DNA of 64,000 nucleotides from Candidatus Cloacimonadales bacterium (GCA_963677495.2 CAXXOU010000003.1:64001-128000); one strand, 5' to 3'. Counted from the first letter of the stretch, positions 43,967 through 54,786 are shown. Notes: generated by a model from the sequence alone, not told the origin. Program-made: numbers and translations.

Positions 43967-46108
43967 CTATATATTTATTTTTATTATGTAAGATAATGTA
44001 TAGTTGATTCCCGGCTGGGGTATGTAAGCTACTACCTCATACTGTTCATCAAGAATGTTGTCTAATCTACCTGTCAGCAGATGTTCAAAATTCCCCGTCC
44101 GGTACTTATAGCTTATTTCTGTATTCAGTAATCCATACTCATCTAACGGATCAATCTTGTTATCCTGCGTAGTCCATTGTTTACCGGTATGCCTCCATTC
44201 GAGCATAAGATTCAGATTCTTTAGCTTATATACAAGTGTTGAGACTACCTGGTATTCTGGTATATATACTATGTGATTATCATAGAAAACACTCTCTTCT
44301 CCATCTATTTTGGTTTTATCAAGTGCTTCTGTAAAAGTACAGCTCGTATTAAAAGTAAGGTTCTTAATAGGTTTTAGTTCAACACTAACCTCATGATTAG
44401 TTATTAGAGATTTGCCTACATTCTTTGGTTTCCATACTCCACCAAACACAGAACTTCTAATCCAATAGATCATCTTGTTGATTTCATTTCTGTTTAAACC
44501 ATATTTCAGTTTCACAATCTCAGGATAAGCAACTGATGTTGATAGTTGCCAACCTTCTGACTCCTCTGCTTCTAGATCAGGGTTTCCTACAGCTGAGGGA
44601 TAACCCTTCCAGTATAAGCTCTCCAAAGATGGAACAGTAAAGCCGGTACCGTAACTTAAACCCAAGTTGACTTTCCAAAGATTTTCATATGTGACACCTG
44701 AGTACAATCTACCACTCAGGAAGTCACCAAAGTTTTTGTAATCATCCCATCTCAGAGATGCATCACTTCTGAAAGAAAAGTCCCCAACTCTTGGTTTAAG
44801 ACTGATAGCTGAGGAACCGGCATAAGAACTGTTCTCTTTTTCTGGAACGGAGTTTATTGAGTTGACATAGTCCTTAGATGAGTATGTTTCATAAGCATAC
44901 TCCAACCTACTATTCAGCTCAATAAGCTCAGTTCGTTTGTTCCAGCTAAGATTTGCCCCACTTTTACTTAGTTTATTATCATTATGTGTTTTCAGCATCG
45001 CTGAAGGAGTTGATGATTCTGTATTATCAAAGTCAGAGTCACTTTTATGATAATATCCTTTGAAACTAACTCCCCAATCATGCTCTAAACTCAGATTATG
45101 CCTTGTGATAATTCCGGTCTGCTCAGCTTTATCATAATGCATCTCGAAGTTATAACCTCCCGGCATCTGCTTCTCAAAGTCTTCGTACATCCCGTTATAA
45201 GATACAAGTGCCCTTTTAAACGGTATCTCCAGTTTTAGATTAACATCATAGATCTCTTTGCCGTTATTCTTACGATTAGTAGTATATGACTCCTGATTCA
45301 CATAATCTCTTGTCTCATACTCATAATCATTATCTGTATCTAACCTGGAAGCAATAACACTCCAGTTCAATCTTGCTGTTGAGCCTTCAAAACCGACCGT
45401 TTCTTTATTAAATCCAAATGAACCTGCTCCTAATCCAACAAATGGCTTAAAAGTTCCTTTATTTAGCTTTTTTGTAGTAATAACTACTGCTCCGGCCATC
45501 GCTCCTGATCCTACGCTAACAGATGCATTATTCTTAACAATTTCAACTGATTCAATCGATTCTGCAGGAATAGTAGAGATATCAAAACTTTGACCTGATG
45601 GATTCATTACAACACCATCAACAATAATTGCTGTATGCCTCTCTGAGTGCCCTAACAGGGATATTGTATTTTCTTCACCTTTTAACCCTGCATTCCCGAT
45701 TCTAATATCTGTTCTTGAGCTGAAAAGGTCTGCTGAATTGTCATAGACTCTATCATCATTGTGGATGACAATCTTCTCACTATCCCCAAACTTAAAGACA
45801 GGTTCCATGCGTTCAGTTGTAACTTTGATTCCCGCTAACTTGTATGATGATTTATTTAGTACTATCTTACTTTCCAGCTCTTTACTATTCAGAGTTAATC
45901 TCTCATACCCTGGTCTTATAAACTCTAAAGAGTCAGAGCTCACATACACATTTAAAATCCCTTCATCATTCGAGTAAAATGCTCTTCCCTCTGAAATCAC
46001 TAAAACTTTATCTATAGGCTTATTATCTTCATCAACAATCACTATTCGTTCTGCAAATAGAGATAAGCAAGCCATTAAGGTAATTATTAAAGCAATACTT
46101 TTATTCAT
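43967..46108 (-). CDS. btuB: TonB-dependent receptor, probable cobalamin transporter
   Basis: Plug IVDGV..IESVEIVK..GAMAGAV; NPDLEAE; DNILDEQY; downstream of cobalamin riboswitch. Confidence 0.8.
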   Translation of the reverse strand: MNKSIALIITLMACLSLFAERIVIVDEDNKPIDKVLVISEGRAFYSNDEGILNVYVSSDSLEFIRPGYERLTLNSKELESKIVLNKSSYKLAGIKVTTERMEPVFKFGDSEKIVIHNDDRVYDNSADLFSSRTDIRIGNAGLKGEENTISLLGHSERHTAIIVDGVVMNPSGQSFDISTIPAESIESVEIVKNNASVSVGSGAMAGAVVITTKKLNKGTFKPFVGLGAGSFGFNKETVGFEGSTARLNWSVIASRLDTDNDYEYETRDYVNQESYTTNRKNNGKEIYDVNLKLEIPFKRALVSYNGMYEDFEKQMPGGYNFEMHYDKAEQTGIITRHNLSLEHDWGVSFKGYYHKSDSDFDNTESSTPSAMLKTHNDNKLSKSGANLSWNKRTELIELNSRLEYAYETYSSKDYVNSINSVPEKENSSYAGSSAISLKPRVGDFSFRSDASLRWDDYKNFGDFLSGRLYSGVTYENLWKVNLGLSYGTGFTVPSLESLYWKGYPSAVGNPDLEAEESEGWQLSTSVAYPEIVKLKYGLNRNEINKMIYWIRSSVFGGVWKPKNVGKSLITNHEVSVELKPIKNLTFNTSCTFTEALDKTKIDGEESVFYDNHIVYIPEYQVVSTLVYKLKNLNLMLEWRHTGKQWTTQDNKIDPLDEYGLLNTEISYKYRTGNFEHLLTGRLDNILDEQYEVVAYIPQPGINYTLSYIIKINI

Positions 46109-46880
46109 TTATCCCCGGATAGATTAGGTTTGGGCAACCGGTTACTTGATTATTAGTCACTTCAAAATCCATATTGTAAGCTTCCTTAAGCTTAGTTGGA
46201 TTTATGATTGATTCAGGACTTCCATCTTCAATAATGTGTCCATCTTTTAATAACAGAATTCTATCACAGAAGTTCGCTGTCAGATTAATGTTATGAGACA
46301 CAAGTATAATCAGCTTACCAGTCTCTTTATGGATTTTATGTAGCAGTCTCATCAGTTCCACCTGATGATTTATATCAAGATGACTAAAAGTCTCATCCAA
46401 TAGCAGAATATCTGTTTTCTGCGCAATAGCTCTTGCTAAGAAAACACGCTGTCTCTCCCCCCCACTAAGCTCATTCAAATACCTGTCTTTCAACTCCGTC
46501 AGACCAAAAGTTTCAAGAATATCATTAACAACTTTGTGGTCATCTTTTGTATATCGTTGCAAAAGGTTCAAGTAGGGGAAACGGCCCATTAAAACTAACT
46601 CTTCAACTCTGAACTGAAACTGTTGGTATGATTCCTGTGGGATGAATGCAACCTTGGTTGCTAAATCTTTTCTGTTCCACTCATGAATACTTTTACCTTC
46701 AATAGTAACATCACCGGAAGTTGATGCAATAAATGCCATAATAGTCTTAAGCAATGTAGATTTTCCTGCACCATTCGGTCCTAGTAGTGCAACAAACTCA
46801 CCACTTTCAGCTTTAAACGAGATGTTGTGCAATATCTCATTGTTCCTGTAACCTGAGCTTAGATTAGTAACTTCAAGCAT
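46101..46880 (-). CDS. ABC transporter ATPase, FepC/BtuD-like
   Basis: GPNGAGKS, LSGGERQR, LLLDE, SHNIN. Confidence 0.9.
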   Translation of the reverse strand: MLEVTNLSSGYRNNEILHNISFKAESGEFVALLGPNGAGKSTLLKTIMAFIASTSGDVTIEGKSIHEWNRKDLATKVAFIPQESYQQFQFRVEELVLMGRFPYLNLLQRYTKDDHKVVNDILETFGLTELKDRYLNELSGGERQRVFLARAIAQKTDILLLDETFSHLDINHQVELMRLLHKIHKETGKLIILVSHNINLTANFCDRILLLKDGHIIEDGSPESIINPTKLKEAYNMDFEVTNNQVTGCPNLIYPGINE

Positions 46881-46913
46881 AAATCATCCTTTTTGTTCAT
46901 GAGTTGGGGATAT

Positions 46914-46952
46914 AAAAAAAGCCTTATCCCCGCGGATGACAACGGAGTAAGG
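46914..46952 (-). terminator. riboswitch expression-platform terminator
   Basis: CCTTACTCCG..CGGGGATAAGG plus U7; antiterminator GATGAC..CGGAG at 46988-47007. Confidence 0.7.
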
Positions 46953-47020
46953 ACAAGAAATGGGTATAATTACCTGTTTCCGAGACTTCTTGCTCCGAAA
47001 AGTCATCTGAATATTTTGTA

Positions 47021-47170
47021 TGGCAGGTTTCCTGACTCACAGCAGGTTCCTTGAATGCCTTCCCGATTTCTCAGTGACATTCAACCTTGCAGATTAAACT
47101 GCAGCTGCTTACAGTGGCGGAGACCGTTCCGGATTTTAACCGGATTCCCTTTTCTCTGATCACCATACTT
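47021..47170 (-). ncRNA. cobalamin riboswitch
   Basis: Reverse complement AGGGAATCCGGTTAAAATCCGGAACGGTC..GCCACTGTAA..CACTG..GGGAAGGC..AGTCAGGAAACCTGCCA. Confidence 0.95.
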
Positions 47171-47417
47171 ACCCATCTTTTATCTGAACTACTTTGTGTC
47201 AATCTATTCCTAGTTTGAATTAAATATGCAGCCGAAAATTGAGCTGCTTCTTGGAATTGGTTCCTTTAAAAATTGTAGAACAACTTCCCTGAACTCTTTT
47301 TCATTCAAAATCAAATTCTAAACTGATAGCTTTCAATCAAACTTTTCATGCATATTTTTCACTTTTGCATTTTGCCTTTTATATAAATTTATATAAATTC
47401 CAATTTGTGCTTTGAGT

Positions 47418-47573
47418 ATCCCTTCCAGTCCCGTGACTAAAGCAAGTTTTCCATAAATATTCAAGTTATCCACATGATGTGGATAAATCGAGGCCTTCCA
47501 CGAGAGGGTCACGAGAGGGTCACCTGTGGATTACCTTTGAAACACCTTTTTTAATCACGGGACTGGAAGGGAT
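47418..47573. repeat. 156-bp element with perfect 19-bp terminal IR, two DnaA boxes and 11-bp phased repeats
   Basis: ATCCCTTCCAGTCCCGTGA / TCACGGGACTGGAAGGGAT; TTATCCACA at 47466, TGTGGATAA at 47478; YAC(C/G) at 47499/510/521/532/543. Confidence 0.8.
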
Positions 47574-47915
47574 GAAGAAGGGCAAATTTTGTGGCAGATT
47601 TGGAGGGAATCTGTTTTCTTGAGTTTATCTGATACTGTAGCTTGCAACAGTGGAGAAAGATAGACAATAGAACTGAAAATTTGAGTGACATTGACATGAA
47701 TGGTATTGATACTTATGTTTTCAGAGTGAATTCATGCTGACAATAGCTTCCTAGAGCCAAAAACTTATAATTAGTAAGAGCCCAGCTTAAGCAACCCCAT
47801 CAATATTTATAACTATCAATGAAAATAGTACTTTACAAAACTTTTGCATTCAATATTACTTGCCCGTTAAGCTGATTGATTAGAGGAAGATATCACTTAA
47901 TTAGGAAGGAAAGAG

Positions 47916-48989
47916 ATGCATTTACACGTAACCACTACTACGGAGTGGAATATATATCAAGAGCAGTTACTACTCTTATTATCTGCTATGAAGGAAGAGA
48001 ATCAGGAGTTTGTTTTATATGCTACTCCCGGTGCAGAGATAGTAAAAAGAGCAGTGAGCGTAGGCATTGTATGCCGAGAGCTAAAAACGTTCAGTTTACT
48101 TAATATAACGAAATCCTTAAAACATACTCCAATAGATGTAATACATAGTCATGATTTTAGAGCATTGAAGCTTTGTATTGCCTTGAAAGGTGTGCTCAAA
48201 GCACCACTTGTCTATTCATATCGACCGGAACAGATTGCTGATAAGGGAATGATAAACAGGACTGTTCTAAGGAGTAAACGAGTCGATAGATTTATATGTA
48301 GCTGTTCTGAGGCTAAAACTGAGATGATTATTAAAGGTGTACCAGTCGATAAAATCAGCGTTCTTCGACCATTCATAAACGGAATGGAACAAAGTCAGGT
48401 TAACCCAAAACATATAATAAAGAACTCTTTACCTCCTCATAGCTTTCTAATCGGAACCGTTGCACCATTAGAAGATGGGAGTGACTTAACAACAATAATT
48501 CGAGCCGCAGAGATCGTACTAAAGAATAAACGAGATTTACTTTTTATGATTGTTGGACAAGGTAAGCAGATGAAAGAACTCAACCAAGCCTTGTTTAATC
48601 GCAAAGTACGTGAGAGATTTATTTTAGAGACCGGGAATGTAAACTATTATGAATATATCACAGCAATGGATCTGTTTATATCATCCGGTAAAGTGGTTTC
48701 ACCAACATTTAGGTTAGTTGATGCTTTTAAGTCAAAGGTTGCTTGTATTGCTACAGCTGTAGGTATTGCCCCGGGATTGATTACAAATCGTAAGAATGGT
48801 GTTCTAATCCCTAAGAAGGACCATCATGCTATGAGTCAAGCGATAGAGCTACTCATAAATGATTATGAGCTCAGAAATGAACTTGCCGAAGCGGGATATA
48901 AATATATTGAAGATTTGCAAGAAACACCACTTTTTGTACGATATACTGAATTATACAATCTCACATTAGAAACGTACAGTGCTGATTAA
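47916..48989 (+). CDS. GT4 (GT-B) glycosyltransferase-like protein, divergent
   Basis: DVIHSH, FMIVGQG, MDLFI, IAT.VG, NGVLIP; ExxxxxxxE motif degenerate. Confidence 0.75.
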   Translation: MHLHVTTTTEWNIYQEQLLLLLSAMKEENQEFVLYATPGAEIVKRAVSVGIVCRELKTFSLLNITKSLKHTPIDVIHSHDFRALKLCIALKGVLKAPLVYSYRPEQIADKGMINRTVLRSKRVDRFICSCSEAKTEMIIKGVPVDKISVLRPFINGMEQSQVNPKHIIKNSLPPHSFLIGTVAPLEDGSDLTTIIRAAEIVLKNKRDLLFMIVGQGKQMKELNQALFNRKVRERFILETGNVNYYEYITAMDLFISSGKVVSPTFRLVDAFKSKVACIATAVGIAPGLITNRKNGVLIPKKDHHAMSQAIELLINDYELRNELAEAGYKYIEDLQETPLFVRYTELYNLTLETYSAD

Positions 48990-49009
48990 TAGTACAGCAG
49001 AAAGACTAT

Positions 49010-49921
49010 TTATACTTTTGCTTTAGTAGTTTTTTCTCTACTAAGCAGGTAGCTGGCAAGCATAATCAAGACACCACCAAGAATTAGCGAACCGTTAATT
49101 TTTAAACCTAAGAACAATACTTCATTTACTGTTGTAAAGAACACTGCTAATGCAAAAATCACAGATGACGTGTTCACAGGCAGATATGCTAGTGCGTAGT
49201 TCCAAAATAGATATGCAACACCTGATTGGAAGATTCCCATTTCAAGTAACCATAACCATTCGAGTGATGTATTAGGTTTCTCCCCTGTATGCAAGAAAAT
49301 GATTGGAGTCATCAACACTGAAGAGACTAAGAAGATGCAGAAAAGCAATTGGATTATGCTTAGTGGGGATGATTTGTACTGACTCATCAGGGTTGCAGAG
49401 AAGAACACATAGCAGCCGAAGGTAACACCTGTAAGTACTCCTAATAGTATTCCTAAGCCGTAGGTATCTCCAAGCTCAGGGAAACTACCCTTACCCATCA
49501 TAATCACATATAGTCCTGAGAGCGAAATAATGAGGGATATAAGCTGAACTTTAGTTGGTTTAATCTTTAGTATCAAGAATGAGAGAATAAACACGAAAAC
49601 AGGTGATAAATTCTCTAGAATCATTACAAGGGTTCCATGCAGATAAACAAGACTCACATGATATAGAGCAGAGTTAAGGCAGATACCAATCAAAGCAACA
49701 AGTGTAATATGCTTCCAATGCTTCTTGAGTATAGTAAAATTAAGTGCTTTATTTGCTGCTAAGAAACCGAAGAGTACAGCAGTACCAATCCAAAGACGGG
49801 TAGCAAACACGAAATATGGGTCTACCCCATTAACTGATAACCAGCGTCCGGCAGGACCGTGAATACCCCAAGAGAACAGGGCAATAACTGCAAATATGAA
49901 ACCTTTAGTTTTATCTGACAT
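49010..49921 (-). CDS. EamA/DMT family transporter
   Basis: About 10 transmembrane segments in two EamA repeats; SWG, AYLFWNYAL. Confidence 0.85.
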   Translation of the reverse strand: MSDKTKGFIFAVIALFSWGIHGPAGRWLSVNGVDPYFVFATRLWIGTAVLFGFLAANKALNFTILKKHWKHITLVALIGICLNSALYHVSLVYLHGTLVMILENLSPVFVFILSFLILKIKPTKVQLISLIISLSGLYVIMMGKGSFPELGDTYGLGILLGVLTGVTFGCYVFFSATLMSQYKSSPLSIIQLLFCIFLVSSVLMTPIIFLHTGEKPNTSLEWLWLLEMGIFQSGVAYLFWNYALAYLPVNTSSVIFALAVFFTTVNEVLFLGLKINGSLILGGVLIMLASYLLSREKTTKAKV

Positions 49922-50103
49922 TCTTCAACTCACTCCAAACATTTAATATGAGCCTATCTTTCAGAGTGGGTTTTCTTTACAAGTTATTTTTGTGGGTGGG
50001 TATAATAAGATAAAATGTATTATTCCTTGACTAACCAGAATTTTGAATTTATCAATGGGTCAATGCTAAGTATGTTCAACTAAAACCCCTTCAGGAGGTA
50101 TAT

Positions 50104-53100
50104 ATGAAAGCTGTTGTAGTTTGTTGTTTCCTCTTAGTCTGGATATCGCTTGTTTCTGTCCCTTTTGGTGGATTAGGTACAAGCACTGACCCATACATAA
50201 TCACTTCAATTACAGACTTGCAATGGGTTTCGGATAATCAAGCATACTGGAATTCTTATTATATTCAAGCAAATGATATAGATGCAGCTATAACATCAAC
50301 TTGGGATGGTGGAAATGGATTCTTACCAATTGGATATATTGATAATGAGACTACTGATGAGTATCCTTTTACAGGAAATTATGATGGTCAAAATCATGTT
50401 ATAGATGGACTATTTATTAATAGAAGATATACTGAATCCGGTTTGTTTGGTGTTGTAGATGGCTGTACAATCACAAACTTAGGTTTGACAAATGTCGATA
50501 TTGTGGGTGGATACTATACCGGTGCTATTGTTGGACATGGAGCTTCTGTTAACATGTCTCAATGTTATAGTACTGGAGCTATCAATGCCAGGAGTAGAAC
50601 CGGTGGGCTTATTGGAACATGCTACAGTTCCAATATTTCAAACTGTTATACGACAGTTGAAGTTACATGTACAGGCTACACAGCAGGAGGTTTTATTGGT
50701 CGATGTGCTTCCACAACAATCAATAAATGTTACAGTACAGGATCTGTCACTGCTGTTAGTGATGATTATGGTTTTATAGGTTACCAGTATGGTAACAGTA
50801 TAACAAATTGTTTTTGGGATACAGAAACTTCAGGACAATCAACTACATCAGGAAATGCTGTTGGTAAAACAACTGCTGAGATGCAAGCTATTGCGACATA
50901 CACTGATGTTTCAACTGCTGGTTTGAATAGTGCTTGGGATTTTTATAACAATCCAAATGATGATGGTGCAAACGCTGATTATTGGATAATTGATACTGAT
51001 TACCCTTTATTAATATGGCAGCAAAAAACTCCGATAGTTTTAACTACTGACATAAACTCCATCACTCCATTTACAGCTACAGGTTATGGCTCGATTTACT
51101 ATTCAGGGTGGGATGATTCTGTTATAAATTATGGAATGTGTTGGAGTTTACAGGCAAACCCATCTGTTGCAGATTTTAATAGTACAGTTAATGGTAGCAC
51201 AACAGATTTCTGTATTGACATAACAAACCTATCCCCTTCAACAACATATTATTGCAAAGCTTTTGCAGCAAATGGAGAAGGGGTTGCTTATGGAGAAGTT
51301 GTTGAAGTAACAACAAAGGCAGTTCCAACATTTAACGGAAGTGGAACAGATATTGATCCCTATCAGATCAGCACGATTGAAGATCTACTTTGGATAAGTG
51401 AAAATCCCTTCTACTATGACAGATATTATATACAAACCAATGATATTGACGCTACTATTACTTCCACTTGGTATAACGGAGATGGATTTCCTCCAATCGG
51501 TTATGAAGACACAGTGCTTTCCACAATATTCTCTTTTACGGGGAACTATAATGGAGACAAGTATAGCATTGATGGGTTGCATATAAATAGTAATGCTGAT
51601 GTAATTGGTCTGTTCGGTTACCTGGCTGGAGCAACTGTAACTAACCTTAGCCTTACAAATGTGAATATTGCAGGCAATAATATTGTTGGTGCATTGTTCG
51701 GTTATGCTTCAGCTTCAAGTATTTCAAAGTGCTCTAGTTCTGGAGTAGTATCATCAGGTACATGTGCTGGGGGACTGGGTGGGACAACAGAAAACTCTAA
51801 TATCTCCAACTGTTATACAGTCGCAAATGTAACAGTAAGTTCATCAATCGGTGGAGGATTATTAGGAGAAGCAGAAAATACAATAATAACTGATAGTTTT
51901 GCAGCAGGTACTGTTACTGGGACCGATATTGCAGGTATCGCGTATCAACAAGTTGCTAATACAATTACAAATACCTTTTGGGATACTGAGACATCAGGAA
52001 TCTCTGTTGCAGTTGGTGGGGAGACAGGTAAAACTACGAATCAAATGCAAGAAGTTTCTACATTCACTGATTTGAATACAATTGGATTATCTACACCCTG
52101 GGATTTTGTGAACAATCCATATGACGATACAAACAATAATGATGTTTGGATCATTAATAATAGTTATCCAATGTTTACTTGGCAACACCCGTTGCCTATA
52201 GTCTCCACAGGTAGTCATGAAAGCATTACTTATAATAGTGCGAATGTAGAAGGATTGCTTATCTATGACGGATATGAACCGGACCAATTTAGAAATGGTT
52301 TCTGTTACAGTACACATTCAAACCCTACTTTAAATGATTATTATTCCGATAACGATTCTCCTTTGGGAGTCTACCAACATACTCTCACAAACTTAGATTC
52401 TGAAACGACATACTATTATAGAGCTTATGCAAGAAACAGTAATGGAATTGTTTATGGAGAAGTAAGATCATTCACAACAGAAATCGAGATAATTCTTACG
52501 GGTTCAGGAACTCAAGCTTCTCCCTATCAAATAACCTCAATTGATGATTTGGCTTGGGTTGAAGCGCATGAAAGTTTTTGGGGATTTCATTACGTTCAGA
52601 TGAACGATATTGATGCATCAATAACTAGTAGTTGGAATAGTGGTGATGGATATATACCAATCGGATACATAGACGATGAGACAACTGATGAGTACCCTTT
52701 TACAGGAAGTTATGATGGTCAAAATCATGTTATAGATGGACTATTTATTAATAGAAGATATACTGAATCCGGTTTGTTTGGTGTTGTAGATGGCTGTACA
52801 ATCACAAACTTAGGTTTGACAAATGTCGATATTGTGGGTGGATACTATACCGGTGCTATTGTTGGACATGGAGCTTCTGTTAACATGTCTCAATGTTATA
52901 GTACTGGAGCTATCAATGCCAGGAGTAGAACCGGTGGGCTTATTGGAACATGCTACAGTTCCAATATCTCAAACTGTTATACGACAGTTGAAGTTACATG
53001 TACAGGCTACACAGCAGGAGGTTTTATTGGTCGATGTGCTTCCACAACAATCAATAAATGTTACAGTACAGGATCTGTCACTGCTGTTAGTGATGATTAT

Positions 53101-54747
53101 GGTTTTATAGGTTACCAGTATGGTAACAGTATAACAAATTGTTTTTGGGATACAGAAACTTCAGGACAATCAACTACATCAGGAAATGCTGTTGGTAAAA
53201 CAACTGCTGAGATGCAAGCTATTGCGACATACACTGATGTTTCAACTGTTGGTTTGAATAGTGCTTGGGATTTTGTCGATAATCCGAATGATGATACCGT
53301 TACTCAGGATATCTGGAATATGAACCTATTTACTAATAGTGGATATCCAATAATGAGTTGGCAAGAAGTACTGCCTAACCCGGATGAAACATCGTCTACT
53401 GATAATCTTTTTCCATATGACTTGGATGAAGACCTACCAAGACAGGTAACTCTAAGCTGGCAATACAAAGGGGATGTTATACCTGATGGATTCCGAGTAT
53501 TTGTTTCTGACGAACAAGTTGGAAACGTTATAAACTGGGTAGGAGATGAGATTTATAATTTAGCTTTACCTCAACTTAACTGGGGGGCAACAATAAATTG
53601 GAAAGTTGTACCTTTTAAGAGCAATACTGAGTGTCCTGATCCACAAGTATCAAGTTTTACAGTTATGAATGAACCTGCTGAAAATGAAATCGTTCCAGAG
53701 GAAGTTGTATTCTATCTTCTAGAGGATGTAAGTGGCACTAATCCACCACTGATCACTCTTCCACCAATTGACTTGGGGGAGGGTGATTTTACTCCATCAT
53801 TTAATATGCAGTTTGGGGTAGAACTCAGTAATGAATTTCTAGAGTTCATTGTTAGAGATCAACCTTTTGAAACTCTTCCTAACCCATCAGCATGTAGAGC
53901 AGAGTTTTACTTAGATATTCCTAATGATATATTAGCCACGATTGTGTTTAGATTCAGCGATACAGCAGCTGCATCTGAATTAGTCCACTGGAACGGTTCC
54001 GGATGGCAGGATATAACCGAAAGTTCAGGAGCTGACTTTTCTATTCCTGGACAAGTAACGTTTGATTGGACATCAACTGGAAGAGGAAAAGATTCTTTTG
54101 TTATAAACAGTGGTGAATCATCAACACTTCCTATTACTTTAACAAGCTTTTACGCAGTACAGATTGGAGAAAATAACTCTAGAATAATGTGGGAAGTTGC
54201 ATCTGAAGTTGATATTATTGGATATAATCTGCTACGGGTTGAAGGCTCAGGAGCCCAAAATGGTACTATTAGGGTTAATCCTTCTATTATTGAAGGTCAT
54301 TTGTCGGGTACCGGTTTTAACTACAGTTATTTAGATGAAAGTTTAAATAAAGGCCAGCTCTATACCTACTGGTTGGAATCAGTGTGTTTGGATGGTGCAG
54401 TCAACTTATATGGACCCTGTTCATTAACTATTTTAGATGAAGATGATGAGGATATTCCTGAAGAGTTATGTGTAACAGGTATGAAATCAATTTATCCAAA
54501 TCCTTTCAACCCATCAACCTGTATATCTTTCTCATTAGCTGAAGATGGAGATGTTGAACTTTCAGTGTATGACGTAAAAGGGCATCTTGTATCTCGGGTA
54601 GAAGAGCAAAGGTTTGAAGAGGGTGATCATGTTATAAACTGGTATGGTTTGAACAATGTTGGTAAGCGAGTAGCATCCGGAATATATCTCTTTAAGTTAA
54701 GAGTACAAAACGAAACTTTTGTCAGAAAAGCAATGATGATAAAGTAG
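50104..54747 (+). CDS. large secreted GLUG-repeat/FN3 surface protein with FlgD-Ig CTD
   Basis: Three GxGT.DPY.I...GLFG..GGLIG modules, FN3-like YY.RA.A.N, LPITL, IYPNPFNP..SGIYLF. Confidence 0.88.
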   Translation: MKAVVVCCFLLVWISLVSVPFGGLGTSTDPYIITSITDLQWVSDNQAYWNSYYIQANDIDAAITSTWDGGNGFLPIGYIDNETTDEYPFTGNYDGQNHVIDGLFINRRYTESGLFGVVDGCTITNLGLTNVDIVGGYYTGAIVGHGASVNMSQCYSTGAINARSRTGGLIGTCYSSNISNCYTTVEVTCTGYTAGGFIGRCASTTINKCYSTGSVTAVSDDYGFIGYQYGNSITNCFWDTETSGQSTTSGNAVGKTTAEMQAIATYTDVSTAGLNSAWDFYNNPNDDGANADYWIIDTDYPLLIWQQKTPIVLTTDINSITPFTATGYGSIYYSGWDDSVINYGMCWSLQANPSVADFNSTVNGSTTDFCIDITNLSPSTTYYCKAFAANGEGVAYGEVVEVTTKAVPTFNGSGTDIDPYQISTIEDLLWISENPFYYDRYYIQTNDIDATITSTWYNGDGFPPIGYEDTVLSTIFSFTGNYNGDKYSIDGLHINSNADVIGLFGYLAGATVTNLSLTNVNIAGNNIVGALFGYASASSISKCSSSGVVSSGTCAGGLGGTTENSNISNCYTVANVTVSSSIGGGLLGEAENTIITDSFAAGTVTGTDIAGIAYQQVANTITNTFWDTETSGISVAVGGETGKTTNQMQEVSTFTDLNTIGLSTPWDFVNNPYDDTNNNDVWIINNSYPMFTWQHPLPIVSTGSHESITYNSANVEGLLIYDGYEPDQFRNGFCYSTHSNPTLNDYYSDNDSPLGVYQHTLTNLDSETTYYYRAYARNSNGIVYGEVRSFTTEIEIILTGSGTQASPYQITSIDDLAWVEAHESFWGFHYVQMNDIDASITSSWNSGDGYIPIGYIDDETTDEYPFTGSYDGQNHVIDGLFINRRYTESGLFGVVDGCTITNLGLTNVDIVGGYYTGAIVGHGASVNMSQCYSTGAINARSRTGGLIGTCYSSNISNCYTTVEVTCTGYTAGGFIGRCASTTINKCYSTGSVTAVSDDYGFIGYQYGNSITNCFWDTETSGQSTTSGNAVGKTTAEMQAIATYTDVSTVGLNSAWDFVDNPNDDTVTQDIWNMNLFTNSGYPIMSWQEVLPNPDETSSTDNLFPYDLDEDLPRQVTLSWQYKGDVIPDGFRVFVSDEQVGNVINWVGDEIYNLALPQLNWGATINWKVVPFKSNTECPDPQVSSFTVMNEPAENEIVPEEVVFYLLEDVSGTNPPLITLPPIDLGEGDFTPSFNMQFGVELSNEFLEFIVRDQPFETLPNPSACRAEFYLDIPNDILATIVFRFSDTAAASELVHWNGSGWQDITESSGADFSIPGQVTFDWTSTGRGKDSFVINSGESSTLPITLTSFYAVQIGENNSRIMWEVASEVDIIGYNLLRVEGSGAQNGTIRVNPSIIEGHLSGTGFNYSYLDESLNKGQLYTYWLESVCLDGAVNLYGPCSLTILDEDDEDIPEELCVTGMKSIYPNPFNPSTCISFSLAEDGDVELSVYDVKGHLVSRVEEQRFEEGDHVINWYGLNNVGKRVASGIYLFKLRVQNETFVRKAMMIK
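50379..53274 (+). repeat. intragenic near-identical direct repeat, 565 bp (50379-50943 / 52710-53274)
   Basis: Offset 2331; only two mismatches seen by eye. Confidence 0.9.
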
Positions 54748-54753
54748 TAGCAT

Positions 54754-54786
54754 AAAAAAGGCTGCATCCCTACGGATACAGCCTTT
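54754..54786 (-). terminator. terminator of the alpha operon
   Basis: AAAAAAGGCTGCATCC..GGATACAGCCTT. Confidence 0.8.

Noticed and set aside
47330..47580. oriC
   Set aside because: Only 2-3 DnaA boxes and no dnaA/dnaN/gidA nearby; the ribosomal operon to the right is on the minus strand, which would be head-on to replication
50379..53274. DGR template/variable repeat pair
   Set aside because: Differences are not adenine-specific, both copies are in-frame coding, and the window has no reverse transcriptase
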